Assembly: GCA_045652245.1 (NCBI GenBank)
Contig: JAZRTY010000039.1
Span: 4,214 to 68,213, forward strand
DNA: 64,000 nt
Reading direction: 5' to 3'
Origin: Eubacteriales bacterium
GTDB lineage: Bacteria > Bacillota > Clostridia > Oscillospirales > CAG-382
The position numbers and the translations under genes were made by a program. The notes under the pieces are model-generated. The model was not told where the DNA came from, did no database searches, and was given only the letters and a program-made list of their open reading frames with translations. Below, one piece after another: positions 48,568 to 60,010 of the stretch (positions are counted from its first letter, which is position 1; every line of letters begins with the position of its first letter).

Positions 48568-50502
48568 ATGATTACAATTACACTAAAAGACGGAAGCACA
48601 AAACAAATTGAAAAAATGAGTGCATTCTCTCTTGCGCAGGAAATCAGCGCAGGTCTTGCAAGAGTAGCACTTGCAGTAAAGCTTGATGACAAGGTATGTG
48701 ACCTTGCAACAGAGATTGACTCTGACTGCACAGTTGAATTTCTCACTTTCGACTCGGACGAGGGCAAAAAGGTTTACAGACACACAACAAGCCACATTTT
48801 AGCGCAAGCAGTAAAAAGACTTTACCCGAATGCAAAGCTTGCAATAGGTCCTGCTATTGACAACGGTTTCTATTATGACTTTGATTCTGACATCTCTTTC
48901 TCTCCCGAAATCCTCGAAAAGATAGAAGCCGAGATGAAGAAGATTATAAAAGAGGACATTCCGCTGAGAAGATATGTTCTTCCAAGAGCTGAAGCAATAA
49001 AAATGATGAAGGAAAAGAATGAACCGTACAAGGTAGAGCTGATAGAAGACCTGCCCGAGGGCGAAGAGGTTTCCTTCTATGAGCAGGGCGACTTTACCGA
49101 CCTTTGTGCAGGTGCGCATCTTTCTTCAACAGGTAAAGTAAAGGCAATAAAGCTCACTTCCTGCACAGGTGCATACTGGAGAGGGGACTCTTCAAAGAAG
49201 ATGCTTCAGAGAATTTACGGAACAGCTTTCCCGAAGCAGTCTGAGCTTGATGAGCATTTAGCACAGATTGAAGAAGCAAAGAAGCGTGACCACAACAAGC
49301 TCGGCCGTGAGCTTGAAATCTTCACAACAGTAGATTATATCGGTCAGGGACTTCCGATTATGCTCCCGAAGGGTACAAAGATTCTTCAGACACTTCAGAG
49401 ATGGGTTGAAGATACCGAAGAAGCAAACGGCTGGGAGAGAACAAAAACTCCCCTCATGGCAAAGAGTGACCTTTATAAAATCTCAGGTCACTGGGATCAC
49501 TACAAAGAAGGTATGTTCGTAATGGGAAGCGAGGAGGACGGAAAAGAGTGCTTTGCACTTCGTCCTATGACTTGTCCTTTCCAGTATCAGGCATATCTTA
49601 ACAGAGCACGTTCCTACAGAGACCTGCCTATGCGTCTTGGTGAGACTTCAACACTTTTCAGAAACGAAGACTCAGGTGAGATGCACGGTCTTATCAGAGT
49701 TCGTCAGTTTACAATTTCCGAAGGACATCTTATGTGTACTCCCGAACAGCTTGAGGACGAATTCAAGAAATGTCTTGAGCTTACAAATTATATGATGGAA
49801 ACTCTCGGACTTCGTGAAGATTTGTCCTACAGATTCTCACAGTGGGACCCCGAAGATAAAGAAAAGTATATCGGAACACCTGAGCAATGGGAAGAAGCAC
49901 AGGGCGTTATGAAGAACATCCTTGACGATATCGGAATTGAATACAAGGTAGGTGTCGGAGAAGCTGCGTTCTATGGTCCGAAGCTCGATATTCAGATAAA
50001 GAACGTACACGGCAAAGAGGACACCCTCGTTACAATCCAGATTGACCAGATGTTAGCTCAGAAGTTCGGAATGGAATATGTAGATAAGGACGGCACAAAG
50101 AAGAACCCCTACATTATTCACAGAACTTCAATTGGTTGTTATGAGAGAACACTTGCACTTCTTATCGAAAAGTACGCAGGTGCGTTCCCGACATGGCTTG
50201 CTCCTCTTCAGGTTAAAATTCTTCCTATCAGCGACAGTCAGCTTCCGTATGCTACAGAGCTTCTTGCAAAGCTCAAGAATGCAGGCGTACTCGTAGAGCT
50301 TGACGACAGAAACGAAAAAATCGGTTACAAGATTCGTGAAGCACAGCTCGAAAAAGTTCCTTATATGCTCGTTGTGGGCGACAAGGAAGTCGAAGCAGGT
50401 GCAGTTGCTGTCCGTTCAAGAAAGAACGGCGATATGGGTGCTATGCCGGCTGACGAATTTATCTCGAAGCTCCTTCTCGAAATTGCCAACAAGGAAAGGT
50501 AA
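48568..50502 (+). CDS. thrS: Threonine--tRNA ligase
   Basis: HTTSHILA editing domain, DLCAGAH, RPMTCP, LIRVRQF and KIGYKIREAQ motifs. Confidence 0.98.
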   Translation: MITITLKDGSTKQIEKMSAFSLAQEISAGLARVALAVKLDDKVCDLATEIDSDCTVEFLTFDSDEGKKVYRHTTSHILAQAVKRLYPNAKLAIGPAIDNGFYYDFDSDISFSPEILEKIEAEMKKIIKEDIPLRRYVLPRAEAIKMMKEKNEPYKVELIEDLPEGEEVSFYEQGDFTDLCAGAHLSSTGKVKAIKLTSCTGAYWRGDSSKKMLQRIYGTAFPKQSELDEHLAQIEEAKKRDHNKLGRELEIFTTVDYIGQGLPIMLPKGTKILQTLQRWVEDTEEANGWERTKTPLMAKSDLYKISGHWDHYKEGMFVMGSEEDGKECFALRPMTCPFQYQAYLNRARSYRDLPMRLGETSTLFRNEDSGEMHGLIRVRQFTISEGHLMCTPEQLEDEFKKCLELTNYMMETLGLREDLSYRFSQWDPEDKEKYIGTPEQWEEAQGVMKNILDDIGIEYKVGVGEAAFYGPKLDIQIKNVHGKEDTLVTIQIDQMLAQKFGMEYVDKDGTKKNPYIIHRTSIGCYERTLALLIEKYAGAFPTWLAPLQVKILPISDSQLPYATELLAKLKNAGVLVELDDRNEKIGYKIREAQLEKVPYMLVVGDKEVEAGAVAVRSRKNGDMGAMPADEFISKLLLEIANKER

Positions 50503-50508
50503 TATTAC

Positions 50509-50610
50509 GTGGGCTGCCGCCCACACCTGCCAAGCTTTTTGAAAAAAGCTTGACCAAAAACTTTAACACTTTGCGCCGTACTATTCCACTTCGTGAAACA
50601 GTACGGCGTG
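50509..50610 (+). repeat. REP-like repeat, family C, copy 3
   Basis: GTGGGCTGCCGCCCACACCTGCC-AAGCTTTTTGAAAAAAGCTT-GACCAAAAACTTTAACACTTT plus CGCCGTACT..AGTACGGCG. Confidence 0.82.
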
Positions 50611-50740
50611 TATTTTTTGCAAAAACAACTTGGTGTTTTTTTCTACACTGCGAGGTGTCAATTCGGAGAATTGACCGAGCCAAGGTTTGTTGCGAGAACA
50701 AAAGATATTAAATTTTTGGGAGAATGTCTTACGGCGAAAG

Positions 50741-50843
50741 GGTTTGTCAAGGGAAAAACCTTTCCCTTGACGAGTGCATTTTTGCATACTTTTTTTGCAC
50801 GAATGTGAAAAAAGCATGTAGGGGTAGTAGGGGGCAACGCCCC
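50741..50843. repeat. REP-like repeat, family D, copy 2
   Basis: GTCAAGGGAAA..TTTCCCTTGAC..TTTTTGCATACTTTTTTT..AAAAAAGCATG..GGGGT..GGGGC-AAC-GCCCC. Confidence 0.6.
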
Positions 50844-50900
50844 ATACAAAACAGTATAAAGTTGGAATTATGGGGGATATAACAAATTCTTGCGAATTTC

Positions 50901-50953
50901 CCCCTCATCCGAGTTTTGTTACGCAAAACCCACCTTCCCCCGAGGGGGAAGGC
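50901..50953. repeat. REP-like single unit, family B, copy 4 (inverted)
   Basis: CCCCTCATCCGAGTTTTG..CAAAACCCACCTTCCCCCGAGGGGGAAGGC, the reverse complement of the unit at 40752. Confidence 0.85.
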
Positions 50954-51021
50954 TATTAATGAATTGCCAACTGCGTTGTCATTGATAACCCCCACCCCCT
51001 ACTGTTACAAAAGTTACTTAA

Positions 51022-51082
51022 GTTACAGTTAAGTTACAATACCTCAAAAGGTATTGCAATTTTTTCTAAGTTGTAGTACAAT
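51022..51082 (+). promoter_or_regulatory. S-layer gene promoter with an upstream WalR/OmpR-type direct repeat
   Basis: GTTACA-N5-GTTACA (TGTAAC-N5-TGTAAC on the minus strand) at 51022-51038; TTGCAA-17bp-TACAAT at 51054-51082. Confidence 0.55.
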
Positions 51083-51141
51083 ACAGTCAAGCAAATAGAA
51101 TGTTTGCTAATTCAAATTTATTTTTTTAGGAGGAACACACG

Positions 51142-54063
51142 ATGATGAAGAAACTTCTTTCACTCGTAGTAGCAGCTCTTCTTACAGTTAGCGCTGTAGC
51201 TACAAGTGCATCGGCAGCAAAGTTCACTGACGTTGACGCTACAAACGAAGCACTCAACGATGCAGTAGAACTTCTCGTAGCTCTTAATGTTACAACAGGT
51301 ACTTCCGACACAACATACGGAACATCTGAAAACGTAACAAGAGCACAGATGGCTACTTTCATCTACAGAATGATGAAGGCTGGCAAGCACGCACCCACAG
51401 GCGGCACAAACACAACAAAGTTTACCGACCTTGACGACCCGTTCTATTACTTCACAATTGCATGGGCTAATGAAACAGGCATTATCAAGGGAAGAAACGA
51501 CACAACATTTGACCCTAAGGGCGGTATCATCCTTCAGGATGCTTACACAATGATCGTTCGTGCACTCGGCTATGACGACGGCACACTTTCATACCCGATC
51601 GGTTACATCACAAAGGCTGAAGAACTCGGTCTTGACGCTAACCTTGATTCTAAGGTTAACTACGACACAACTCTTACAAGAGGCGACGTAGCTATCGTTC
51701 TTGCTAACATGTTCTATGCTGAAACAGCTGAAGCATACGTTCAGTATGTTGAAGTTGCTGAAGGTGTTACAAGACCTGAAGAATTCCACTATACTCTCGC
51801 TGAAGAAGTGTTTGGTGTTGAGAAGGTTTCTCAGAGAGTAGTTGCTACACCTAGCTATGGATTTGGCACTAATGCTCCTATCAAGCTCGATGTTGAAATG
51901 ATTCAGCTTGAAAAGGCACCTGTAGATGCCAACGAAGGCACAACAATTGGTGATATCGATGTTATAGAATTCGCAGAACTCGGTCTTGAAGGTAAGGCTG
52001 ATGATTACTTCCTTACTGATATCCTTATGTTCGTTAAGGAAAACAAGGGCAAATATGAAATCCTTGGTGCAACAGCACAGGGTACAAAGAAGACAGTTGA
52101 CTTTGCTGATATCGAATTTGGCAAGACAAACAACAAATTCAATGGTATTCTCACAATAGATGGCGTTAAGACATACCTCGGAGAGGCTCCTTACTCTTAC
52201 ACAAAGGATTCTAAAAATCCAACTAAGTACAACCCTATGTTCATTGAACCCGGCACTGGCTTTAAGTTCGCAGATGCTGGTGTTGACGTGTCGACTTCTG
52301 CAAAAATTGAAGCCCTCGTTGCTGGAAGTAAGGACATTGACTTTGGATACCTTGCTAGAATCTACAACGATGGTCTTGGCGAAATGGATTGTATTGACTC
52401 TAACGGCGACGGCAAGTATGACTACCTCTTCAAGAAGGAATACTCTGTAGCTAAAGCTAACACATCGGCGACTGGTGTCCTTGCTGCGACTCCAAATTAT
52501 GATTCACCTCTTTACACAGGCAAAGCTATCGTTGCAGGTGTAAGCTTCTCAAATAATGACATTGTTCTTGCATACGTTAACACAAATGCTAACTATGTAA
52601 AGGTTGCTGAAGTTATTAACCCTGTTAAGGGGTCTATGGTACTTAAGACAGATACTTATTTTGAACTTGACTCCGGCAAGAAGATTTATACTAATAGTCC
52701 AGTTAAGGTTGCTGCTGCTGTTGCTAATAACGACAGCATGACTGCTGAAAATCTTGCTCCAGCTAATTTTACTACAGCAGTAAATTGGTACTTTACAGCT
52801 AACGGCACTCTCGTAGCGAAAGCTACCGTACCTTCAGCTCCTGCTGCACAGTTCAACACAAATGAAAACTGGGCAATCGTTCTTGAAAGTGAAGCTGTAC
52901 TGGCAACAACCATGATTGACGGTGATGTTGTACAAGAGTACTACCTCAAAGTTTACAATGATGGTGCTATCAAGTCTGTCAAGGTTGCTACAAAGGATTT
53001 CAGCAGTGTTGTTGATCAGCTTTCTATAGCTAAGGCTGAAAAGGATGGCTACTACACATTTGAACTTCTTACAGGTGGACAGTCTGACAAGGCGAACTAT
53101 GGTCCTATCCTCAAGGGTACTAATACAGGTGTTTCAGCCGAATACAAGGTAATTGGTCAGGATGATGTTAACTTCTATCAGCAGTCTGGTAACCTCTTTA
53201 CCCTTGTAGATGATACACATCTCACTAGTGATCTTAAGGGTGTTAGATTAACTGCTAATACTAAGATTCTTATTAGAACTAAAGATGCGAACCAGAAGCC
53301 TGTTGTAACACTTTACACTCTCGACAAACTTCCTGATATCAAAGTAAGCGAAGTGTTTGACAATGTTACTTACGTTCTCACAAACAACAAGAACAGTACA
53401 ATGTATGAAAATATTGAAATGTTCTACGGTGAAGTTAAAGACGGCACGCTCAATGGTAAGGACGCTGAACTCGCAGAGATTAGAATCGTTAAGAGTGTTG
53501 CTACTTCTGAAACTGCTAAAGGAACAACATACACTTTCACACTTTACAACCCCTTCACAGGTGCTGAAGAAACAGCTAATGGCGTAGATGGTATGACTAA
53601 GGCTCAGAAGGATGCACTCGTTGCTAATAGCATCGTATGTCTTGATTCTGATTCGCTCGTTGCTGTTGGAACTGCTGGTAGCGTTAACATCGCTAAGAAT
53701 GGTACTACTTACACTGCAAGCATGGGTGATATGTACGACATGGATGGCGATAAGTCATTCGCTGATATCATAGCTGGAAGCGATAAGCTCGGTCTTGTAA
53801 GCATCGATTATTTCGATAAGGAAAGTGGAATACTTGAAATTGCTGCTGAAGAGCCTATCGTAGTTACTGCTGATACAAAGATTTCTATGCTTGACATCTC
53901 TGACAAGAAGATTTCTGCTATCACTGATGCTTCAGTTCTCAGTTCTACTACTGCCACATACAGCTGGACCGGTGCAGCTAGTGCTGGCATTAAGGCATTC
54001 ATCTGCACTGAAGACGGTGAAGATTTTGCAAATGCACTCCTCGTTATGATTGTTAAGTATTAA
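51142..54063 (+). CDS. S-layer homology domain protein (probable major S-layer protein)
   Basis: Signal peptide; N-terminal SLH repeats (FTDV, VTRAQMA, IIKGR...FDP, LTRGDVA); codon usage like the ribosomal protein genes. Confidence 0.85.
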   Translation: MMKKLLSLVVAALLTVSAVATSASAAKFTDVDATNEALNDAVELLVALNVTTGTSDTTYGTSENVTRAQMATFIYRMMKAGKHAPTGGTNTTKFTDLDDPFYYFTIAWANETGIIKGRNDTTFDPKGGIILQDAYTMIVRALGYDDGTLSYPIGYITKAEELGLDANLDSKVNYDTTLTRGDVAIVLANMFYAETAEAYVQYVEVAEGVTRPEEFHYTLAEEVFGVEKVSQRVVATPSYGFGTNAPIKLDVEMIQLEKAPVDANEGTTIGDIDVIEFAELGLEGKADDYFLTDILMFVKENKGKYEILGATAQGTKKTVDFADIEFGKTNNKFNGILTIDGVKTYLGEAPYSYTKDSKNPTKYNPMFIEPGTGFKFADAGVDVSTSAKIEALVAGSKDIDFGYLARIYNDGLGEMDCIDSNGDGKYDYLFKKEYSVAKANTSATGVLAATPNYDSPLYTGKAIVAGVSFSNNDIVLAYVNTNANYVKVAEVINPVKGSMVLKTDTYFELDSGKKIYTNSPVKVAAAVANNDSMTAENLAPANFTTAVNWYFTANGTLVAKATVPSAPAAQFNTNENWAIVLESEAVLATTMIDGDVVQEYYLKVYNDGAIKSVKVATKDFSSVVDQLSIAKAEKDGYYTFELLTGGQSDKANYGPILKGTNTGVSAEYKVIGQDDVNFYQQSGNLFTLVDDTHLTSDLKGVRLTANTKILIRTKDANQKPVVTLYTLDKLPDIKVSEVFDNVTYVLTNNKNSTMYENIEMFYGEVKDGTLNGKDAELAEIRIVKSVATSETAKGTTYTFTLYNPFTGAEETANGVDGMTKAQKDALVANSIVCLDSDSLVAVGTAGSVNIAKNGTTYTASMGDMYDMDGDKSFADIIAGSDKLGLVSIDYFDKESGILEIAAEEPIVVTADTKISMLDISDKKISAITDASVLSSTTATYSWTGAASAGIKAFICTEDGEDFANALLVMIVKY

Positions 54064-54109
54064 TCTCTTAAATAAGTAGATTTGAAAAACAATAATTGAA
54101 CGCAAGTTC

Positions 54110-54145
54110 AACCCCCGTGATTTTTGTCACGGGGGTTCTTTCTTT
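54110..54145 (+). terminator. Intrinsic terminator after the S-layer gene
   Basis: AACCCCCGTGA-loop-TCACGGGGGTT followed by CTTTCTTTTTT. Confidence 0.8.
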
Positions 54146-54186
54146 TTTACACCCGACTTTTCGGGGGCGAGTAGTCCCATGAGTTT

Positions 54187-55080
54187 TTATTCAAAAAGCT
54201 GAAACCTCTTACGGTAATTAGACGGCGTCTCACCTTCATATTGCTTGAAGAGCCTTGAATACGCACTCATATCGACAAAACCACACAGCTTTGCAATTTC
54301 CGAAACTGCAAGTTCGCTTGAACGAAGCATCTCCATGCTCTTGGCAATTCTGTAACGGCGAAGATACTCCGACGGGGAAATCGACAGCTCGTTTTTGAAC
54401 TGCTTGAGAATATGCTCGGTGGTAACACCGCTGATTTTCGCAAGCTCAGCGCCCGTTACATTCGAGCTGAAGTTTGCTTCAAGATACTTTATAATTGCCT
54501 CAATCGTAGCTTTCACGGTGTCGGTTTCCTTTTCGGCGCGTTTTGCCGTGATATCGAGCCTTGAATAGAAAACAAGAATCTCACAAAGATAACTGCGAAG
54601 CAAGGTCTGCCAGCCACGATTTTTGTTTATTCTTTCAAAATTTATCCTTTCGCAAAGACGCATAAACTCCTGCCGTTCGGCAAAGTCCAGGCGGATGCTC
54701 TCGTATGAGGAGGTTTTCGTCTGCCTGCTTTGTGATTTTGCTCTGAGGGAAAGCTCAATAAAGCCGGGGAGTGAAAAAATCTCATCCTTCATATTGCCAA
54801 GCTCACTGTCGGAAAACAGACAACAGTAAAGCTCAGTATCTACCGAGGCTATCAGAGAATGTTCTTCGCCGGGTGCAATTACTGCAAAATCCCCCGTACA
54901 CAGCAGCACCGAATTTCCGAGTCCTCCACACAACGCAAAACCCCGTTTTACATATATAAATTCCCAGAAAATCTGTGAGTGATAAAAATATTCTGTTTCG
55001 TGTGGCGCATTTGTGCAGGCAATCTTTGAAAGCCCTGCGTCAAATACCGTACTTCCGTCAAGCATCACGCTTGTATTCAA
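54187..55080 (-). CDS. AraC family transcriptional regulator
   Basis: Cupin-like N-terminus and C-terminal double HTH (EIAKLCGF.D.SAYSRLFKQ..G.TPS.YR); TTG 55080 follows AAAGGAG. Confidence 0.88.
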   Translation of the reverse strand: MNTSVMLDGSTVFDAGLSKIACTNAPHETEYFYHSQIFWEFIYVKRGFALCGGLGNSVLLCTGDFAVIAPGEEHSLIASVDTELYCCLFSDSELGNMKDEIFSLPGFIELSLRAKSQSRQTKTSSYESIRLDFAERQEFMRLCERINFERINKNRGWQTLLRSYLCEILVFYSRLDITAKRAEKETDTVKATIEAIIKYLEANFSSNVTGAELAKISGVTTEHILKQFKNELSISPSEYLRRYRIAKSMEMLRSSELAVSEIAKLCGFVDMSAYSRLFKQYEGETPSNYRKRFQLFE

Positions 55081-55320
55081 AATAACACTCCCTTTCGCAA
55101 TTATAAGCTTATATATAATTATACATACTTTTCTTTTTTGTTTTAATAGGGAAACTGTTACTATTTTTCTAAATTTGTGTGAATTTTGCAAAAAACGGTG
55201 TTGTTTTTGCATTATTTCAAATATTCCACTCTGATTTTACCTAAAATGGTATCATTACGCATAATTTTTGCCCTAAAGATTAATAATAAAGTAGCAAATT
55301 GTGAAATAAATAAAAAATGC

Positions 55321-55349
55321 TTGACAAATCAAAATAAATGGTGTATAAT
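55321..55349 (+). promoter_or_regulatory. Sigma-A promoter of the str operon
   Basis: TTGACA-17bp-TATAAT. Confidence 0.85.
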
Positions 55350-55424
55350 TATAGAGTCGTATTATATGCGTTTTTGATATTGTCGCGTATAATCGCGTAA
55401 AATACTAAAGTTAGGAGGTACGAT

Positions 55425-55841
55425 ATGCCAACACTTAATCAGCTCGTTAGAAACGGACGTGCGCAGGTAACTTACAAGTCAAAGTCTCCTGCTCTTCAGA
55501 AGGGTCTGAACTCAATTAAGAAGGTTGCAACCGATGCTTCCTCTCCCCAAAAGAGAGGCGTTTGCACAAAGGTAGCTACCAAGACCCCGAAGAAACCTAA
55601 CTCTGCTATCCGTAAGATTGCCAGAGTTCGTCTTACCAACGGAATCGAAGTTACAGCTTATATTCCCGGTATTGGCCACAACCTTCAGGAACACTCTGTT
55701 GTTCTTGTAAGAGGTGGTAGAGTTAAGGACCTTCCCGGTGTGCGTTATCACATCGTAAGAGGTACACTTGATACTCAGGGCGTTGCAAAACGTAATCAGT
55801 CCCGTTCCAAGTACGGTGCAAAGCGCGAAAAGAAGAAATAA
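55425..55841 (+). CDS. rpsL: 30S ribosomal protein S12
   Basis: TPKKPNSA and [10 protein letters not shown] motifs. Confidence 0.99.
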   Translation: MPTLNQLVRNGRAQVTYKSKSPALQKGLNSIKKVATDASSPQKRGVCTKVATKTPKKPNSAIRKIARVRLTNGIEVTAYIPGIGHNLQEHSVVLVRGGRVKDLPGVRYHIVRGTLDTQGVAKRNQSRSKYGAKREKKK

Positions 55842-56016
55842 TCCCGCTTTGAAAGGTGTATTTTTACACTAATTTGGAAATCTATAAGTGCTAAGGCTAT
55901 ATCGTATCAACTTAGGGACTGTCCCTATAAAATTATGTATATCCCCTTGGCTCTGACGAAAAGGTATTTTTCGAGTACCTGTGAATTCATTTTAAATTGT
56001 GAAGGAGGGAAACACA

Positions 56017-56484
56017 GTGCCGAGACGTGGTTCTGTACCAAAGAGAGACGTTCTTCCGGACCCTATGTACAATTCTAAGCTCGTTACTAAGCTTATCAAC
56101 AATATCATGTACGACGGTAAAAAGGGAGTCGCTCAGAAAATAGTTTATGACGCTTTCGCAATCATCGAAGCTAAGGGTGAAGCACCCATCGATGCATTCC
56201 AGAAGGCGCTTGAGAACATTATGCCTGTTCTCGAAGTTAAGGCTCGTAGAGTAGGTGGTTCTACCTACCAGGTGCCGATTGAAGTAAGACCCGAAAGAAG
56301 ACAGACTTTAGGTCTTAGATGGCTTACAACTTATTCTAGAGCCAGAGGCGAAAAGACTATGGCTGAAAGACTTGCAGGCGAGATCCTCGATGCTATCGCA
56401 GGAACAGGTTCTGCAGTTAAGAAGAGAGAAGATACACACAAAATGGCGGAAGCAAACAAAGCATTCGCACATTACAGATATTAA
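56017..56484 (+). CDS. rpsG: 30S ribosomal protein S7
   Basis: GTG start after AAGGAGG, reading (M)PRRG; [11 protein letters not shown] motif. Confidence 0.98.
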   Translation: MPRRGSVPKRDVLPDPMYNSKLVTKLINNIMYDGKKGVAQKIVYDAFAIIEAKGEAPIDAFQKALENIMPVLEVKARRVGGSTYQVPIEVRPERRQTLGLRWLTTYSRARGEKTMAERLAGEILDAIAGTGSAVKKREDTHKMAEANKAFAHYRY

Positions 56485-56502
56485 TTTTAAGAGGAGTTTC
56501 AA

Positions 56503-58620
56503 ATGCCGAGACAAATTTCACTTGAGCGTACCAGAAATATTGGTATCATGGCTCATATCGACGCCGGTAAGACTACTACAACAGAACGTATACTTTACTA
56601 TACCGGTAAGACACACAAAATAGGTGAGACCCACGAAGGCTCGGCTACAATGGACTGGATGGAGCAGGAACAGGAAAGAGGTATTACAATTACCTCTGCT
56701 GCAACAACTTGTTTCTGGGAAGGTTCTGAGGCAGGAAAGTATCCCAAGCACAGAATCAATATCATCGATACCCCCGGTCACGTTGACTTCACAGTTGAAG
56801 TACAGCGTTCACTGAAGGTTCTCGACGGTTCTATCACAGTACTTTGTGCCAAGGGTGGCGTTGAACCCCAGTCGGAAACAGTATGGCGTCAGGCTGACGA
56901 ATACAAGGTTCCGAGAATGGCATATGTAAACAAGATGGACATCATGGGAGCTAACTTCTACAGAGTTGTTGACATGATGAAGGAACGTCTTAAGGCTAAT
57001 GCCGTTCCGATTCAGCTTCCTATCGGAAAGGAAGAAACATTCAAAGGTATTATTGACCTTGTACTCATGAGAGCGTTCATCTATACCAATGACTTAGGTA
57101 CAGATATTCTCGAGCAGGATATTCCTGAAGATATGAAGGAACTTGCAGAGGAATACAGAGCGAACCTCATTGAGCATATTGCAGAAACAGACGAAGCACT
57201 CCTTGAAAAGTATATGGAAGGCGAAGAGTTTACCGTAGAAGAAATCAAGGCGGCTATCCGTAAGTCTACTATCGACAATACTATGGTTCCCGTAGTTTGC
57301 GGTACATCCTACAAGAATAAGGGTGTTCAGAAATTGCTTGACGCAGTTATCGACTATATGCCCTCACCTCTTGATATTCCTGCAATTAAGGGTTATGACC
57401 CTGCTCTTCCCGAGGATGACGAAAACAACGTTGTTGAAAGACACTCAAGCGACGAAGAGCCTTTCTCAGCTCTTGCATTCAAGATTGCAACAGACCCCTT
57501 CGTTGGTCGTTTGTGCTTTGTAAGAGTATATTCAGGACACATCACATCAGGTTCTACTGTTTATAACACAAACAAGAGAACTCGTGAAAGATTCGGAAGA
57601 ATCGTGCTTATGCACGCAAACAGCCGTGAAGATGTTGATGAAATCTACGCAGGTGATATCGCAGCAATTATCGGTATCAAGAATTCTACTACCGGTGATA
57701 CACTGTGTGATGAAAACCACCCTGTTGTTCTTGAATCAATGAACTTCCCGGAACCCGTTATCCGTGTTGCTATTGAGCCTAAAACTAAGGCAGGACAGGA
57801 AAAGATGGGTATTGCACTCTCAAAGCTTGCTGAAGAAGACCCGACCTTCAAGCAGTATACTGATGAAGAAACAGGTCAGACAATTATCGCAGGTATGGGT
57901 GAGCTTCACCTTGAAATTATCGTTGACAGACTTCTTCGTGAATTTAAGGTTGAAGCAAATGTTGGTGCTCCTCAGGTTGCATACAAGGAAACAATCAGAA
58001 AGAGCGCAGACGTTGACCACAAGTATGCTCGTCAGTCCGGTGGTAAAGGTCAGTACGGTCATGTTAAGATTATCGTTGAACCTAACGAACCCGGTAAGGG
58101 CTACGAATTCATCAACAAGGTTGTTGGTGGTGCTATTCCGAAGGAATACATCCCGGCTGTTGACGCAGGTATCCAGTCAGCTATGACAAGTGGTGTACTT
58201 GCAGGTTACCCGGTTGTTGACCTTAAGGTTACACTTTATGATGGTTCTTACCACGAAGTTGACTCATCTGAAATGGCATTTAAGATTGCAGGTTCTATGG
58301 CTCTTAAGGAAGCTCTCCGCAAGGCTGATCCTGTTCTTACAGAACCGATGATGAAGGTTGTTGTTGTAGTTCCGGATGATTATATGGGCGACGTAATCGG
58401 TGACCTTAACTCCCGTCGTGGTCAGATTGAAGGTATGGATCCTGTATCGGGTGCCCAGCAGATAAGATCTGTTGTTCCGCTTGCTAATATGTTTGGATAT
58501 GCTACAGACCTTCGTTCAAAGACTCAGGGCCGTGGTCAGTACGTAATGGAACCCAGCCACTACGCTGAAGCACCTAAGTCTATCCAGGATGAAATCATTG
58601 CAAAAAGAGGCAAAAACTAA
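56503..58620 (+). CDS. fusA: Elongation factor G
   Basis: [14 protein letters not shown] and DTPGHVDF motifs. Confidence 0.99.
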   Translation: MPRQISLERTRNIGIMAHIDAGKTTTTERILYYTGKTHKIGETHEGSATMDWMEQEQERGITITSAATTCFWEGSEAGKYPKHRINIIDTPGHVDFTVEVQRSLKVLDGSITVLCAKGGVEPQSETVWRQADEYKVPRMAYVNKMDIMGANFYRVVDMMKERLKANAVPIQLPIGKEETFKGIIDLVLMRAFIYTNDLGTDILEQDIPEDMKELAEEYRANLIEHIAETDEALLEKYMEGEEFTVEEIKAAIRKSTIDNTMVPVVCGTSYKNKGVQKLLDAVIDYMPSPLDIPAIKGYDPALPEDDENNVVERHSSDEEPFSALAFKIATDPFVGRLCFVRVYSGHITSGSTVYNTNKRTRERFGRIVLMHANSREDVDEIYAGDIAAIIGIKNSTTGDTLCDENHPVVLESMNFPEPVIRVAIEPKTKAGQEKMGIALSKLAEEDPTFKQYTDEETGQTIIAGMGELHLEIIVDRLLREFKVEANVGAPQVAYKETIRKSADVDHKYARQSGGKGQYGHVKIIVEPNEPGKGYEFINKVVGGAIPKEYIPAVDAGIQSAMTSGVLAGYPVVDLKVTLYDGSYHEVDSSEMAFKIAGSMALKEALRKADPVLTEPMMKVVVVVPDDYMGDVIGDLNSRRGQIEGMDPVSGAQQIRSVVPLANMFGYATDLRSKTQGRGQYVMEPSHYAEAPKSIQDEIIAKRGKN

Positions 58621-58700
58621 TTTAAGTTAAATTTGGCGCAGTGGGAAATCCACTGCCGCCACAAAATAAAAAATAATTTATTTTAAGGAGGAAATTCAAA

Positions 58701-59903
58701 ATGGCAAAGGCTAAGTTTGAAAGAACAAAACCCCACGTTAATATTGGTACAATCGGTCACGTTGACCACGGTAAGACAACTCTTACAGCAGCTATCACAA
58801 AGACACTCTCCCTCGTAAACGGAAACAATGAGGCTCTCGCTTACGACCAGATCGATAACGCTCCGGAAGAAAAGGCAAGAGGTATTACAATCAACACATG
58901 ACACGTTGAGTACGAAACAGAAAACAGACACTACGCTCACGTTGACTGCCCCGGCCATGCTGACTACGTTAAGAACATGATCACCGGTGCTGCTCAGATG
59001 GACGGTGCTATCCTCGTTGTTGCTGGTACTGACGGTCCTCTCCAGCAGACTCGTGAACACATCCTTCTTGCTCGTCAGGTTGGTGTTCCTGCTATCGTTG
59101 TATTTATGAACAAGTGCGACATGGTTGACGACGACGAACTCCTCGACCTTGTTGAAATGGAAACAAGAGACCTTCTCTCTTCTTACGACTTCCCCGGCGA
59201 TGATCTCCCGATCATCAGAGGTAGCGCTCGTGAAGCTCTCCTTTCTGAAAACACAGACATCAACGCTCCTGAATACGCTTGTATTCTCGAACTCATGAAG
59301 AACGTTGACGAGTACATTCCTACTCCTGACAGAGCTGCTGACCAGCCCTTCCTTATGCCTGTCGAAGACGTATTCTCTATCTCCGGCCGTGGTACTGTTG
59401 CTACTGGTAGAGTTGAAAGAGGTACTCTTAAGATGAACGACGTTGTTGAAATCGTTGGTATTACTGAAACAAAGCAGACTGTTATTACAGGTATCGAAAT
59501 GTTCCACAAGCTCATGGACAGCGCTGAAGCTGGTGACAACGTAGGATGTCTGCTCAGAGGTGTTGATAAGAAGGGTATTGAAAGAGGACAGGTTCTCGCA
59601 AAGCCCGGCACAATCAAGCCTTACACAAAGTTCGTAGCTCAGGTTTACGTTCTTACAGAAAAAGAAGGTGGCCGTCATAAGCCTTTCTTCTCTAACTACA
59701 GACCTCAGTTCTACTTCAGAACAACTGACGTTACAGGCGTTATCACTCTTCCCGAAGGTACAGAAATGTGCAACCCCGGTGACCACGTTGATATGACTGT
59801 TGAACTCATCACTCCTATCGCTATCGAAAAGGGACTTCGTCTCGCTATTCGTGAAGGCGGTAGAACTGTTGGTTCAGGCGTTGTTGCTGAAATCATCGCG
59901 TAA
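58701..59903 (+). pseudogene. tuf: Elongation factor Tu, full-length frame interrupted by one in-frame TGA (58899-58901)
   Basis: [50 protein letters not shown]..; the frame is otherwise continuous for 400 codons. Identity as tuf is certain; pseudogene status is not. Confidence 0.6.
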
Positions 59904-60010
59904 AAAACGTTTTTGAACTACGTTCAAAAAAGTTTATGAAGTAAATCACTTCGTGATTTCTTCGCTATGATATATCTATCATAAAATATAGCTGCTTTAT
60001 GCGGCTTCAG

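Noticed and set aside
58899-58960. Selenocysteine insertion or genome-wide TGA reassignment in tuf
   Set aside because: The position is not a Cys site, there is no convincing SECIS stem, and TGA terminates several conserved genes in this window.
58683-59786. 367-aa antisense ORF opposite tuf, and many shorter antisense ORFs opposite ribosomal genes
   Set aside because: Shadow frames produced by strong codon bias in highly expressed genes; no recognisable protein motifs.
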